Source of the DNA: Octopus sinensis
Lineage: Eukaryota
DNA length: 64,000 bases
Direction: 5' to 3'
Assembly (NCBI RefSeq): GCF_006345805.1
Contig: NC_043005.1
Coordinates: forward strand, 3,782,001 to 3,846,000
The notes below the pieces were generated by a model, which was not told the origin of the DNA, did no database searches, and worked only from the letters and a program-made list of their open reading frames with translations. Of this stretch, positions 24,526 through 37,580 are shown one piece after another. Numbering within the stretch: the stretch's first letter is position 1; each line of letters begins with the position of its first letter. Made by a program: the position numbers and the translations under genes.

Positions 24526-27296
24526 ACTTTTTCACTTCCTGAGCATTATATTAATACATCTGTTTGTTATTAACACCACCTGTCTTTGTCTTTTGTTTTT
24601 GTGAATTCTTCCTAAATTGTATGCTGAAAAAATTAAATCAAACAGCGTTTCAACTTTATGTGAATATATGTGTGTGTATGTGAATGTGTGTGTGTTTGTG
24701 TGCGCGCATGCAATGGAAGTGGGAGGGTTCGTCTTTGTTCACTTAGTATTTGGATTTATTTTTTGATTTGGTTGAATCTTGGTTGGTTTTTTTTTGTTGT
24801 TGTTGGTCAGTTATTCTTAGCGTTTTGACAGAAAAAAGTCATTCTAAAATTGTTTTCCAACATAAGTGTGCCCAAACGAGTCGAATGCTTACACAGAGCA
24901 GGTTTTATAGCCACATCATCCAAACCGACCGGATGAAACCGGGCTTAGCTGCTAGTGTGTATATATATATTCTGCCAAAGATACACACAAACATATGATG
25001 GGCTTCTTTCAGTTTCCATCTACCAAATCCACTCACAGGTTTTGGGAGGCCTGAGGCTACAGTAGAAGACACTTGCCCAAGGTGCCACAAAGTGGGACTG
25101 AACCCGGAAGCCATGTGGTTGGGAAGCAAACTTCTTACCACACAGCCACATATATACATGTAGATACACATTCACACACACACACACACTTGTGTGAGTG
25201 TTTCTGTGTGCTTTTGTGTGTGTCTCCTTCTTTTCATGTCGCATGATAGTTGTAAACGAGCATCACCAACACACAAGCAGTGTTGTTCATTTCCAATCAA
25301 CTGTGAAAAACATGTCTGGTCATAGGGAAATATTACCTTACTTAGAAACAGGTGAAAGTGGGTCACAAGAAGAGTACCTGGCCACAGAAACTCTGCCACA
25401 AGGAATTCTACCTGACCCAAGTGAGCATGGAAAAGGGGACGTTAAAACAATGACGACAACGACGATGTTGATGATAATTATTATGATGATGATGATGCTA
25501 TTTTTAGTTCCAGGTCAAATATTAATAAATCATGATGTTGTCATTGATCTTAGGAAAGCCTGACAAAGATGCTCCATAGATCAATACTTTAATGGGTTTA
25601 AACGTGGGTGGTGGTGCAGTTTTGGGAAAGTTATGAGCTCACATGGAGACAGCCAATATAACGACCCAGTCTGAGTGTATGAGGCAGGGTGGGGCACTGG
25701 AGTAAAGGCAGAGAGGTCGTGACTGGGCTTTGAAATATAATATTTAAACCAGATAAAATACTCATGTTTTAAACATACATCGAAAAGAAGAAAAAAAGAA
25801 AAAGAAAAGACCTTTGTAAGGATTAAAATACTGGTTTCAAATTTTGGCGCAAGTCCAGCAATTTGGGGGGAAGGATTAAGTTGATTACATTGATTCCCAG
25901 TGTTCAACTGGTACTTAATCCCCAAAGAATGAAAGGTCAAGTTGACCCCGGCAGAATTTAAAGTCAGAAAGTAAAGCTGGATGAATCACCACTAGGCATT
26001 TTGCCCAGCATGCTAATGATTCCGCCATCTTGCTACCTTTGTCCAGGTTAAAATATTGAAAGGATATTGTGTAATCTGTGAATAGAAACATAATTAACGA
26101 TGAGTCAAGTTCCAACATAATTTCATTATAAAAGTCCTCACCTTCTCCTCTAATTTCTATAAATATCTAACATTGATGGCATTTGTCCATGGAAATATGG
26201 AAAAGGAGACACATGTTGGATGGGATAATATAAGGAAATAATGATGAGAAATCACTGTACGTAATTAACTTGTTTAAATCAGAAGTTGTCGACCATATTT
26301 GTTTATGGGTCCCTTTATTCCGACTTTACTCTACTGGACCCCCATAATTATGCGATGTTTTAAAAAATCCTTTTATATTTTTGTAAGGAAATATTATTAG
26401 GAATTGTAGAAAAAAAATTGTGAAAATGTTTTGTGTATTGTAGAAGTATAACCAGTTTATTGCAAATGAACTTAAATGACAAAATCTTATGTGGACCCCT
26501 GTTGAGAACTACAGGTTTAAATGAAATCTTTTTTTTTTTTTTTTTTTTTGCAGAACATGAAGGAAGTCATTTGCCAGTTCAATGAAAGGGAGAAGTGGGT
26601 TGCCAAATGTTGAGAAACAATAATTTAGACCATGTCAATGGAAGCAAAAATCGGTTGGCCCTGTTCTAGCATACTTATGTTCAGGTTGTATTTATTCAGA
26701 TGTGTAGCAGAGCTACATATTACATAGTAATCTGTGAGTCGACCTGCAGAGCAGACGAATATATCGATGAGGCATATCTAGCCTCACTTTGATACACTAG
26801 CCTTGCTTTGGTTCAGTAGCCTCATTCTCAGACACTAGCCTTGTTCTGAGCTACACATTAGAAACTCTCAGTTCCTGCCAGGCTTCGGTCAAAGACACAT
26901 GTCTTCTCTGCAGCTCCACAAGCAATCTCCCATGTACAACTCACATGTCTATTCACCTCAGCACAAGATATCTGGTTCATAAACGAAGATATTTTGTCAC
27001 ACACACATTCTCAAAACGACTGTTCTCATTATACACAGTGTTAATACAAATATTACATGTGACGTCTTACAGAACAAAAGCAAAAATCAAAACTTTCTTT
27101 GTATGTAAACACACGTTTTTATATCATGCTACATGCTTCCACCTCAAAAGGTGAACACAGAATAAACAATATATTTATACACAAAAATGCTATGATTGGT
27201 CATTCATACTAACTGTTTTCCCATTTAATGATACGCACTTGAACAGCCAACGTCAGCTGCTATAGATGTGGCCATCCCATCTTTATTATACATACA

Positions 27297-27560
27297 TGAA
27301 GGCACATGGCTTAGTTGTTAGGGCGTTGCACTCGTGATTGCGAGATTGTGGGTTCGATTCTCAGACCAGGCATTGTGTTGTGTTCTTGAGCAAAACACCT
27401 TCATTTCATGTTGCTCTGTGATCATTTCAACAGCTGACATGCGGCAACCATTGTACCTGTGCAGGTAATGTTGATTTGATGGAGGGAGTGAGCTTATGTG
27501 AAGACAAACATTCGATCACTATAAACAAATCATCTGTGTGGTTGTTCAGCAAGAAATTCT
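27297..27560 (+). mobile_element. tRNA-derived SINE (GTGTTGTGTTCTTGAGCAA family)
   Basis: A box TGGCTTAGTTG, B box GGTTCGATTC; related copies at ~3325-3680, 12960-13100, 22520-22810, 29880-30270. Confidence 0.65.
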
Positions 27561-27837
27561 TTTCTATTCTAGGCGCAAGGTCCAAAATTTTTGGGGAGGA
27601 GGAGGGCAATCGATTAGATCGACCTCAGTACACAACAGGTACTTTATTGACCCTGAAAGGATGAAAGGCAAAATTGACATCTGCAGAATTTGAACTCAGA
27701 ACATTAAAGACAGACAAAATGACGAAATACCATTAAGCATTTCGCCCAGCATGCTAACGTTTCTGCCAGCTTGCCACCTTAAAGAAATTGCCAAAACCTC
27801 ATACAGTGTCAAACGATGGGAGAGTCCATGATGATGA

Positions 27838-28800
27838 TCATCATCATTTAGCATCCGTTTTCCATGCTGAAATGGGTTGGATGGTTTGACTGGGGTCTGG
27901 GAAGCCAGGAAGCTGCACCAGGCCCCAATCTGATCTGGCAGGGGACATCCATCCTAATGTCAACCACTCCAAGAGTGTAGTGGGTGCTTTTTACATGCCA
28001 CTGGCACAGGGGCCAGAGGAGCTGGCATTGACCATGATCAGATGGGGCTTTTTATGTGCCACCAGTACAGGGGTCACAACTACAATTTCCATTTGATTGT
28101 AATTTAATTTGATTTGAATTTGATATTGATGTTGATGTACTTGACTCAATAAGTCTCCTCAAGCACAGCAGGTCACCCTACGATCCAAGGTACTTTTGAG
28201 TGGGCTGGTTATGTGACACTGGTGTAGGTTACAGCTGTGATCTCACTTTATTTGCCGGGTCTTCTCAGTCACAGCATATCTCCAGAGGTCTCGGTCTCTT
28301 GACATTGCCTCTGTGAGGCCCAATGTTCAAAGGTCATGCTTGACCGCCTTATCCCATGTCTTCCTGGATCTCCCTCTACCCCAGATTCCTTCCGCTGATT
28401 GGGAGTGGCACTTCTTCACACATCTCTCCTCATCCATCCATAGTACATCACCATACCAATGCAAAAATCTCTCCTGCACGCTGCATCTGATGCTTCTTAT
28501 GCCCAATTTTTCTCTCACGGCACTTACACTCTGTCATGTATGTACAGACATTACACATCCAGCGGATCATGCTGGCTTCATTTCTTTCGAGCCTACACAT
28601 GTCCTCCACAGTCATGGCCCATGTTTCAAAGCCATGAAGCATAGCAGTTCACACACATGCATCATACAATCTACCTTTCACTCTGAGCGAGAGGCCCTTT
28701 GTCACCAGTAGGAGTAGAAGCTTTCTGAACTTTTCCCAGGCTATTCTTATTCTAGTGGTAACACTCTCTGAGCATCCACTCCCACTACAGACTTGGTCAC
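27838..28800 (-). mobile_element. 5'-truncated RTE LINE
   Basis: MLHGFETWAM..RLERNEASMIRWMC and RGRSRKTWDKAVKHDL in minus frames, plus 3' UTR and tail. Confidence 0.85.
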
Positions 28801-29089
28801 CTAGGTAGTGGAAGCTATCAACTACTTCTAGTTTCTCCCCCTGGCATGTGATGGAATCTACTCACACACATGTGAGTACATAGGTGTAAAACAAGGCAAG
28901 GAAAACAACACACGAATACTAAGTATTCAAGTAAAATTAAGCGAACAAAAGAAACTTCTGCCAGATGATGTTGGTTACATGAAACCCTGTGTAACAATTT
29001 GTGAGGCTTTTCAGCTTCCATAAGACACTACGTCACTTAACGTCTGTTTTCCATGCTAGTTTATGTTCCTATAACCTGTGTTAATTCTG

Positions 29090-29495
29090 TAACCCTTTAA
29101 AATGGAAGATAAGAAAGTTCATTTTTGGCACTTGATGCTTTTCTTTTTCCATAAAGGGAAAAATGCCTCACAAGCAACCAAAGAAAAATGCGCAGTTTAT
29201 GGCGATGTTTCTTTATCCGAAAGAACTGTATGGAAGTGGTTCACAAGGTTCCAAGCTGGAGATTGTAGCCTTATTGATAAAGAGTGATCAGGCAGACCAT
29301 CCACTACAGATGATGACCAAATCAAGTCATTAAATGAGAATAACCCACATTGCAGAACCCGAGAATTGGCAGAAAGCCTCAACCTATCAAAATCCGTCAT
29401 TCATGAGCACCTGGTAAAGATTGGATAATGGCAAATATTTATTGACCTTTTTCTTTCCTTTAAAAATAAGCACAAACTTTCCGGACAACCCAATA
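29090..29495 (+). mobile_element. Internally deleted mariner element (N-terminal HTH and right TIR)
   Basis: MEDKKVHFWHLMLFFFHKGKNASQA..AVYGD..SERTVWKWFTRFQAGD..SGRP; TIR-like end ACTTTCCGGACAACCCAATA. Confidence 0.8.
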
Positions 29496-31229
29496 TATTT
29501 TCCTTCTGGTCAACATGTCTGAAGAGTCACCAATATTAACAAGGGTCTAAGGCAGCAAGCTGGCAGAATTGTTAGCAAGCTGAACAAAATTCTTAGGGAC
29601 ATTTTGTCCATCTTTATGTTCTGAGTTCAATATCTGCCTAGGTCAGCTTTTATTTTCATCCTTTTGCGGTTGATGGAATAAATACCATCTGAACTCTGGG
29701 ATCAACATAATTAGCTTACCCCTCCCCTGAAGTTGCTGGCCTTGTGTCAGAATTTGAAGCCAATTTTACCAATGTCACAAAAGTGGCAATAACATTCTGT
29801 CCAGTTATATGACGTAAGCAGTGACATACTGCTCAACTATTTTAAGTTGTTCTATAAGGAATTGTAAGTATTGATAGCAAATTCTTTACCATGGCACTCC
29901 ATTGGTTACAATGATGAGGGTTCCAGTTGATCCAATCAATGGAACAGCCTGCTTGTGAAATTAATGTGCAAGTGGCTGAGCACTCCACAGACATGTGTAC
30001 CCTTAATGTAGTTCTCAAGGAAATTCAGCATGACGCAGAGTGTGTCAAGGCTGGCCCTTTGAAATACAGGTACAACAGAAACAGGTAAAAAGAGTGAGAG
30101 AAAGTTGTGGTGAAAGAATACAGCAGGGTTTTCCACCACCCCCTGCCGGAGCCTCGTGGAACTTTAGGTGTTTTCACTCGATAAACACTCACAACACCCG
30201 GCCTGGGAATTGAAATTGTGATCCTATGACTGCAAGTCCTCTACCCTAATCACTGGGCCATTGCATCTGCACTGAAGTGTATATAATTAAAATGTGTCAT
30301 TATTGTGCATCAGCTAAATTGAATTTCAGTTTGAATGATCAACAAACTCTGTGGGTAAAAGAAATTAATTTATTTTAAAAATCACCAACATCTTTGAGTG
30401 GACACCTGAACAAAATACATTTTTGACCCTTTTGATACCAACCTGCCTGAAACTCTGCCTGGTTCTTTGATACAAACTTTAAAGAGATCTAAATTAAAAC
30501 CTGCCATCAAAATTTTGTATTAATTTATACTCCAAACACCAACTTAACAATGATAAACTTGCTTTATTAAATTCTTAGTTATATTCAAAATCAACTGGAA
30601 CAAAAATAGTGTGTTTCAACAGAAAACTATGGAAATAAAAGGGCAAAGTGCTTAATGCTTGAGACAAAGCATCTAAGACAATCTCTGGTCTCATGAGGCA
30701 AACTTCTTGTTTTAAAGTGATACCAACCATCTGGAAACTGCCTTTTGGTTCTAAGATACAAACTTCCTGCTTAGAGTGATTCAAATTAAAACCTCCCATC
30801 AAAATTTCATGTTAATTTAGGTTCCAAACCTCAGCTTAATAATGACAAAGCTATCTCGTTAAATTCTTTGTTATTTTCCAAAACCAGTGCATTTCCACAT
30901 AAATAACAGATTTAAATATATCTTCATACAGACCCCTTAAATTTTCAAATGCTGACCTTCTTTATTCTTTTAACTTATATTCTCTCGTAATTTATTCTTT
31001 CTTGTCCCTTCATCTTAGTCCTGTCAGAAACAATTCCTTTCCCTATTTCTTGTCATCAAATGCCTTCCCGAGAAATTTTATTATTCCATAAACATTATGT
31101 TTTTCTAAGTATCTTTTTTGTTTTTAATATCAATTTCCTTTCATAGCAAGCAATTATTTTAATTAATCCATAGTAATCCTCATATACCTTTATTATTAAG
31201 GATTAAGCTAAATTCCATTTTCTTCTTAA

Positions 31230-32290
31230 TCTATTGTATTATAATACTTTCTGTTACATCCACCAGTTTGATGGCCCCTTTCTAGATCATCCTTGTCATA
31301 GTTAATGATGACACCACTACACCAGCCATTAGGTGTGACACCCCTCTGTAATACTTGATTGATTATGCTAATAACTATAGCACGTCCTACTTTGACCAAA
31401 ATAGAACTCATGCTTGTATTGCAGGATATTTTTAGCACCTGAATGACTATCCCAGATGGTCTCAATGTTTAACCTACCACTTGGCAGTGAGCTGGCAGAA
31501 ACATTAGCACACGGGGCAAAATACTTAGCAGTATTTCATCTGTCTTTACATTCTGAGTTCAAATTCCACCAAAGTCGACTTTGCCTTTCATTCTTTTGGG
31601 GTTGATAAATTAAGTACCAGTTGCATACTGGGGTCGATCTAATCGACTGCCCCCTACCCCAAAATTTAGGGATTTGTGCCTAGAGTAGAAAAGAATGTTT
31701 TGCTAACTATCATACCTTAAATTGCACTTTTAGTCTTATGGTTGTAATCTCCAATAACTGGCCCTTCTGTTGGGTCCATGAAAGGAAGACACTCTCTCTT
31801 CCTTTTAGGAACCTTTCCATGCTGTTTTCTTCTTGAGTTCAGTGACAGAAACTCAACTGCTATCGTTCCATTCACACCTGTCCTCTACCTTGCAATCTGT
31901 ATAACTTATCTCTCTGGTCCTTGCATCACAGAGTATTTGCAAACCTCTTATTTCCAGTGTTTCTCCAAACCACATCTAGCATCTCTTCTAGCAACTTGAT
32001 ATTGTTCCTTGCTTCCCCTTTTCTTCTTGTATTTCCAACTCTGTCCTTTACCTTTTGTGACTCTATCTAATCTACCATTCTGTTACCATGTCATCTTTCA
32101 TCCAGCTGAAATTTTGCTTCATCCATAAATTTGGTCCATGGCTTGCAGTAAGGTTTGTACAAGGTGTTCAAGCTAAATTTGATGTTTTTTATGTATTCTT
32201 TCTTCGGGAACAGCCTTGGTCTATTGATAAGCAGTCCACAGCATTGGCAAGCATAAAGACTGCAGTTATAGTTGAGAAAAGGTGAGCTGA
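31230..32290 (-). mobile_element. Decayed RTE fragment (linker and RT start), interrupted by a SINE at ~31485-31690
   Basis: RPSGIVIQVLKIS..INQVLQRGVTPNGWCSGVIIN and KRFANTL.CKDQRDKLYRL match RTE ORF segments. Confidence 0.6.
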
Positions 32291-32815
32291 CATGGAGGAT
32301 TGGAAGTCTTCTGAATATTGGAAATGAGTTGTTTGTATCATAATCATTCATGCTGGATATCCAAGTGCTGACATGATGACAGCTGCTCAATGCTCTGCAA
32401 ACTCTATAAAGGTTGTAAAATGTGACATGGGCATCATGCAAACCAAGTTCTCCCAAACTGTGATAGCTTTTGGGTTGTGTCTCCAGTGAAGGTGACATCA
32501 AGCCAACCAATATGTGTGGCAGCAGGATTTGGCTGCCAGAAAGAGTCAGAAGTGGTTGCTGGAGAATTCCTATGACTTCACCAGCCCCCAACTTCTGGCT
32601 TCTTAATTTCCCCGATTATAATCCCATGGATTATTATCTGTGAGGTGCAGTTGACAAAGATACCAACCACTCTGCCTGCAGCATCCAAGGCCAATCTGGT
32701 AGCCAAGATCAAAGAGTTGTTTGAAGATCTTCTCAGGGACACAGTGAGAAACGCAGGCACCAGGTTCTGGAGACCTCTTGGCCATGGGTCAAGCTGAGGG
32801 AGGCTATTTTGAACA
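32290..32815 (+). mobile_element. Decayed, internally deleted maT/DD37D-like transposase
   Basis: Pieces MQTKFSQTV, WQQDLAA, FPDYNPMDYY.W, LVAKIKELFEDL and EAEGGYFE in shifting frames. Confidence 0.65.
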
Positions 32816-33471
32816 AACTCTGTGTGTGCGCATGCACACATGCATGCGTGTGTGGTTTACTGTTCTGTTATTGGTAGGATCAGCAAAAAAGTACTCCATC
32901 CAGTGAAAGATAAATATCATTTAATATACAGAAACTCAGTAATTCAACAGACTTATATAACATGGTCTGTGTCTGAGAGCAATTGTTCAGTCTCAAATAG
33001 ACTGGCCATGAGTATTTGGGCCTAAAGGACTGCTTGGAGACACAAGGCCTGTTACATAAATCTTATTTCTTTACTGCCCACGAGGGGCTAAACACAGAGG
33101 GGACAAACAAGGACAGACATAGTGATTAAGTTGATTACATCAACCCCAGTGCGTAACTGGTACTTAATTTATCGACCCCCAAAGGATGAAAGGCAAAGTC
33201 GACCTCAGCGGAATTTGAACTCAGAACGTAAAGACAGATGAAATACTGCTAAGCATCTCGCCCGGCGTGCTAGTTGAATTATTGTCTTTCCATAGCATGA
33301 CATTATCAGCAGCTCATATGTAAACACTGTGTATATTAAATGATATATAAATACACACACACACACATATATGTGCATGTGATAGTACTATAATAGGAAC
33401 GGGGGAAGGGGTCCCATAGTTCAAATAAGTACTTGACATATGTTGGGTAGAGAGGGACACACATATATATA

Positions 33472-33790
33472 TACTAGCAGTATTGCCCGGCGTTGCTCGG
33501 GTTTGTAAGGGAAATAACTATATAAGCATTTTTAGAGAGTTATAGCCAAAAAAATAGCAAAAAAATAGCAAAAAAATGTATTAAAAATGGAAAAAAAATG
33601 ATGGTAAATTTTTTTTTTAATCGTTGACTCATCGTAGACATTTTTAGAGAGTTACTTCCCTTATATAATAGCGAAAAAATGCATTAAAATGGAAAAAAAT
33701 GATGGTAAATTTTTTTAAAATCGTAGACTCATCGTAGACGCGCACTAATACCCAGAAGGGCTCAATATGAATCACGACTATAAGATATAT
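33472..33790 (+). mobile_element. Helitron/HINE-like non-autonomous fragment
   Basis: Starts TACTAGC..CCCGGCGTTGCTCGGG (short hairpin) within TA repeats; internal duplicated A-rich block. Confidence 0.45.
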
Positions 33791-33972
33791 ATATATATGT
33801 ACAAATTGAGATAGGGGTTGTAAATGCAACCCTCTATGGGATAACGTATATCCAATATACTGCTAGTGAAGTACCCAACAAAGTTAATACATAAATGTTA
33901 AGAATTGCAATGCAATTAATTCATTTACTATATTATATGGGCAAAGGTAAAGTGTTTTACCACAAATTCATA

Positions 33973-34123
33973 ATACAAAATAAGAAAATGGAGAAATACA
34001 TCCAAATCAAATATCAACTACCAGATAATACCCAATCACATACTTTATTAAACCAAAGTATGTGATTGGGTATTATCTGGTAGTTGATTTTTGATTTGGA
34101 TGTATTTCTCCATTTTCTTATTT

Positions 34124-34128
<5 letters not shown>
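33973..34128. repeat. Near-perfect 74-bp inverted repeat with an 8-nt loop
   Basis: 33973-34046 versus 34055-34128, one mismatch seen. Confidence 0.95.
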
Positions 34129-34185
<57 letters not shown>

Positions 34186-34544
34186 CATACATACACATAC
34201 ACACACACACACACATATATGTATGTATGTATAAAATATGAAAATCCAGACAGACAATACAAAGAAAACAAGGACAGGTCATTCAGAGTTTTCTTTCCTC
34301 AGTCGAGTTCCAGATTATCTTTGCAATTTCGGCTGGTCATACTCGAGATTGCTCCAATCTGGCCATCCCCAAGGAAAAACTAAGCTAAGAGCACTAGATT
34401 CCTTGGAAGAAAGCAGCAAATGTATACGAAAACAAGGACGGAAAAAAATGGAGAAATGGTACAGAAAAACAAATAACAGGACATTAACAACAGCTGTCTT
34501 TCGACTAAGGATGAATTAAATTAAGCTGGCATACGTTGAAGTAG

Positions 34545-34968
34545 AGCCTTCTCCACCCTAGAGCGCTCAACAGAAGAAGATCAATCATTTTTCATAGCAA
34601 TACTCGAGCACACGTTTCACTAATGACACTCTAGAAGTTGAAGGAATTTGGCTACGAAGCTCTTCCCCACCCAGCTTATTCCCCAGACCTTTCTCCTACC
34701 AACTACCACTTTTTCAAGCACCTTGATGGTTTCCTGCGACAGAAGGAGTTCAAAAATGAAACCGATGCTGAAAGTGCGTTCAAAGAGTTCATCAGCTCCA
34801 GAACTCCAGATTTTTATGTTACCGAAATAAACAAACTTGTAACTCGTTGGCAAAAATGTGTTAATTGTAATGGTCTTTACTTTGATGAATAAAATTTCCA
34901 CATTGTTGAAATATATTGTTATGAATTTCGTGTTTCAAAACGTTGTTTGCTTTTTGCTCAGCCTGATA
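34545..34968 (+). mobile_element. Mariner transposase C-terminal half and right TIR
   Basis: ORF 34638..34892: ALPHPAYSPDLSPTNYHFF...LVTRWQKCV..NGLYFD; TIR-like end TTTTTGCTCAGCCTGATA. Confidence 0.88.
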
Positions 34969-35056
34969 CATCATCCATATATAGAAACCTATATACATAC
35001 ATCATCCATATGTATATATATCAAATATGCTCTGATGGATGTGTATTGTTAGTGTG

Positions 35057-35306
35057 CATGTATGACAAAGTACCAATGGACAAAGTACCATGACAAAGTA
35101 CCATGTATGACAAAGTACCAATGGACAAAGTACCATGACAAAGTACCATGTATGACAAAGTACCAATGGACAAAGTACCATGACAAAGTACCATGTATGA
35201 CAAAGTACCAATGGACAAAGTACCATGACAAAGTACCATGTATGACAAAGTACCAATGGACAAAGTACCATGACAAAGTACCATGTATGACAAAGTACCA
35301 ATGGAC
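35057..35306. repeat. 45-bp minisatellite (five perfect units plus a partial) built of three GACAAAGTACCA subunits
   Basis: Units start at 35061, 35106, 35151, 35196, 35241 and 35286. Confidence 0.97.
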
Positions 35307-36714
35307 TGAGAGAAAAATTGTGTATGTTTACATTTGTGCTTCTCTGAAACCCACTGAATTACAAGGAGTCGTGTTATTGTGACTTCTCCTTTGTACAAAC
35401 CCACTGGTGGGTTTGTGGGTTTGTACTTTTGAAGCAGTTAAGGGTCAGTGGCAAGAAGAGCATCTATCAGTAAAATAATGCTTCAGTAATCTATTCATCT
35501 AACCCATGCTGGCATAAAAAGAAAAACAAAAACAAAACGAGAGTAATAACAAAAGAACCAAATGAATTTCTAAAGAGGCAAAATATTATAACAGAATGTT
35601 CTTGTCTCTAAAATATGTGGAAAAACTGCAGCCAACAACTGAAACTGGGTCACGCCCCTTGTGGGTAGTAGTAAAATCAACTGAAACTGGGTCATGAAAG
35701 ATGAAGATGAAAATAATGTACCATTATTGAAGTTTTGGCTTAGTACTAGTTACAGTGTTGTATTACTTATCTAAAGGTCACAAGTTCAATTCTTGTTACA
35801 AACAATGTTAAATAACCTTGGACGATGTAAGTGTTTCTAATGACTTCGTTCAACTTATGTAAAGTAGATACTGGATTCATGTGGGGTGAGGAGGGGGGAC
35901 TGACAGCCGAAAGAAAACACACACACATACACACAAAACAAACATTTAGTAGCAAAAAAACTTATTCTTCGACTCTTTATCTGATGTCAGTCATTGGACT
36001 GTGGCCATACTGGGGCACTGCTTTGATGCAAAATGACCCCGATACTTATTTTGAAAATTGGCTATATATTCTGTTTATCTCTTTTTGCTGAACTGCTCAG
36101 TTACAATGACTATAAACAAACCAACACTGGTTATCAAGAAGTGAGAGGCAAATATGTACACACTTGTGTGTAAATGCATTTTCCCTTATATTCCACCACC
36201 ACCATCATCATTATCATCAATGTCTTTCGACATGGTTGAACAACCAACCCCAACCAGTTGGGATTCCCAGTATAACCAACACCCACAAATCTTAACTCCG
36301 AAGCTTGATTCGGTTGAACTGTTCATCCTTCTGATTGCCGAATACCAAAACGTGACTCCCAGGACCTCCATTCGGGTGAGTCCCCATCTCACCTGTGTAA
36401 CTTCCTTTCATTCCATTGATCTCTCCCCATAAAAGGGAGTCACCCTTTTTGTCCTTCCCTTTTTTCAATGGCCATTGACTCTTCTCACTTCCTCTGCCCT
36501 TTGTGGAGTTTTGTTTGTTTTCACCCCCACAGGTTGTCCAATAATCCCTGCCCCCACCTCTGGTGGGGGTTGCTGGTTTTGTGCCTAATGAACTGGCCAT
36601 AGGACAGGTTGTACTGGGTCACACAGGTTGCCAGAAGCACACAAACAACAGCCTCACACTCATGCTGACCGCTTTTCGACCAGGAGAGAATCAATGACAA
36701 CTATGGAAACTTAT

Positions 36715-36798
36715 TACTGCTGCCACTACTACTACTACTACTGCTACTGCTACTGCTGCTGTTACTACCAAATAATAATAATAATAATACTGCTGTTG

Positions 36799-36829
<31 letters not shown>

Positions 36830-36870
36830 TACTACTACTACTACTACTACTACTACCACTACCATCTACA
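36715..36870. repeat. Compound trinucleotide microsatellite (TAC/TGC/AAT/GTT)
   Basis: Direct reading; a similar ACT/ACC/GAT tract lies at 38660-38810. Confidence 0.9.
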
Positions 36871-37580
36871 CTGCTGCCACTATAACCACTGAAGGAAAGG
36901 AACAAACCTCCCCTACCCCACCTCTCCCTTTTACCATTTCCACTGCCAGTTCTCCTCCTCCTCCTGCCAATGCCATTTTTACAAGTGAGACTGATACCAT
37001 CGCAACTGCTATGGTCCCAATCGTGTCTACAACCCCTACCACTAGGGGTCACTTCTTCACATTAACATTTCTAGAGGCAGCAGCGCTGGCAGAATTGTCT
37101 GTCCTTTTTGGTTATCTCACCATCACCATCACCATCATCGTTTAATGTCTGCTTTCCATGCCGGCATGGGTTGGACGGTTTGACTGGGGACTGGCAAGCC
37201 AGGAGGCCTCACCAGGCTCCAATCTGATCTGGCAATGTTTCTACGGCTGGATGCCCTTCCTAATGCCAACCACTCCGAGAGTGTAGTGGGTACTTTTTAA
37301 GTGCCACCAGCATGGGAACCAGTCAGGTGGCACTGGCACCGACCATGTTCGGATGATGCTTTTTATGTGCCACTGGCACAGGGGCCAGTCGGGGCAGGGA
37401 AGCTGGCTAAAAAATTGCCATTAAAAAACAGGGTTATCTCCCCACTAAAAAATCAAGTTAATGTGGCAAAAACAGATTAAATTAAAAGGGTTTAGGTCCT
37501 TTTCATTCAATACTTCAACACATTTTTGACTTTTGGCCTCCTCAATAGGAATGGTATGATTTGTTATAAAAATGTTATTA

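Noticed and set aside
26736-26749. GAGTCGACCTGCAG matches the pUC polylinker
   Set aside because: Only 14 nt and the flanks do not continue the vector sequence; a chance match.
27828-27847. Perfect 20-bp palindrome ATGATGATGATCATCATCAT
   Set aside because: A trivial junction of (GAT)n and (CAT)n at an RTE tail.
32091-32591. 166-aa minus-strand ORF
   Set aside because: Spans the antisense of a maT remnant and an off-frame RTE remnant.
34265-34380. Additional hammerhead-like cores (CUGAGGA; GGC/GCC-GAAA) on the minus strand, also near 8340
   Set aside because: Stems I and III cannot be closed around a valid NUH site in these copies.
35057-35306. CRISPR-like repeat array or repeat protein (ORFs 35002-35404)
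   Set aside because: Spacers are only 1-5 nt and repeat identically, there are no cas genes, and the context is eukaryotic; the ORFs follow simply from a stop-free 45-bp unit.
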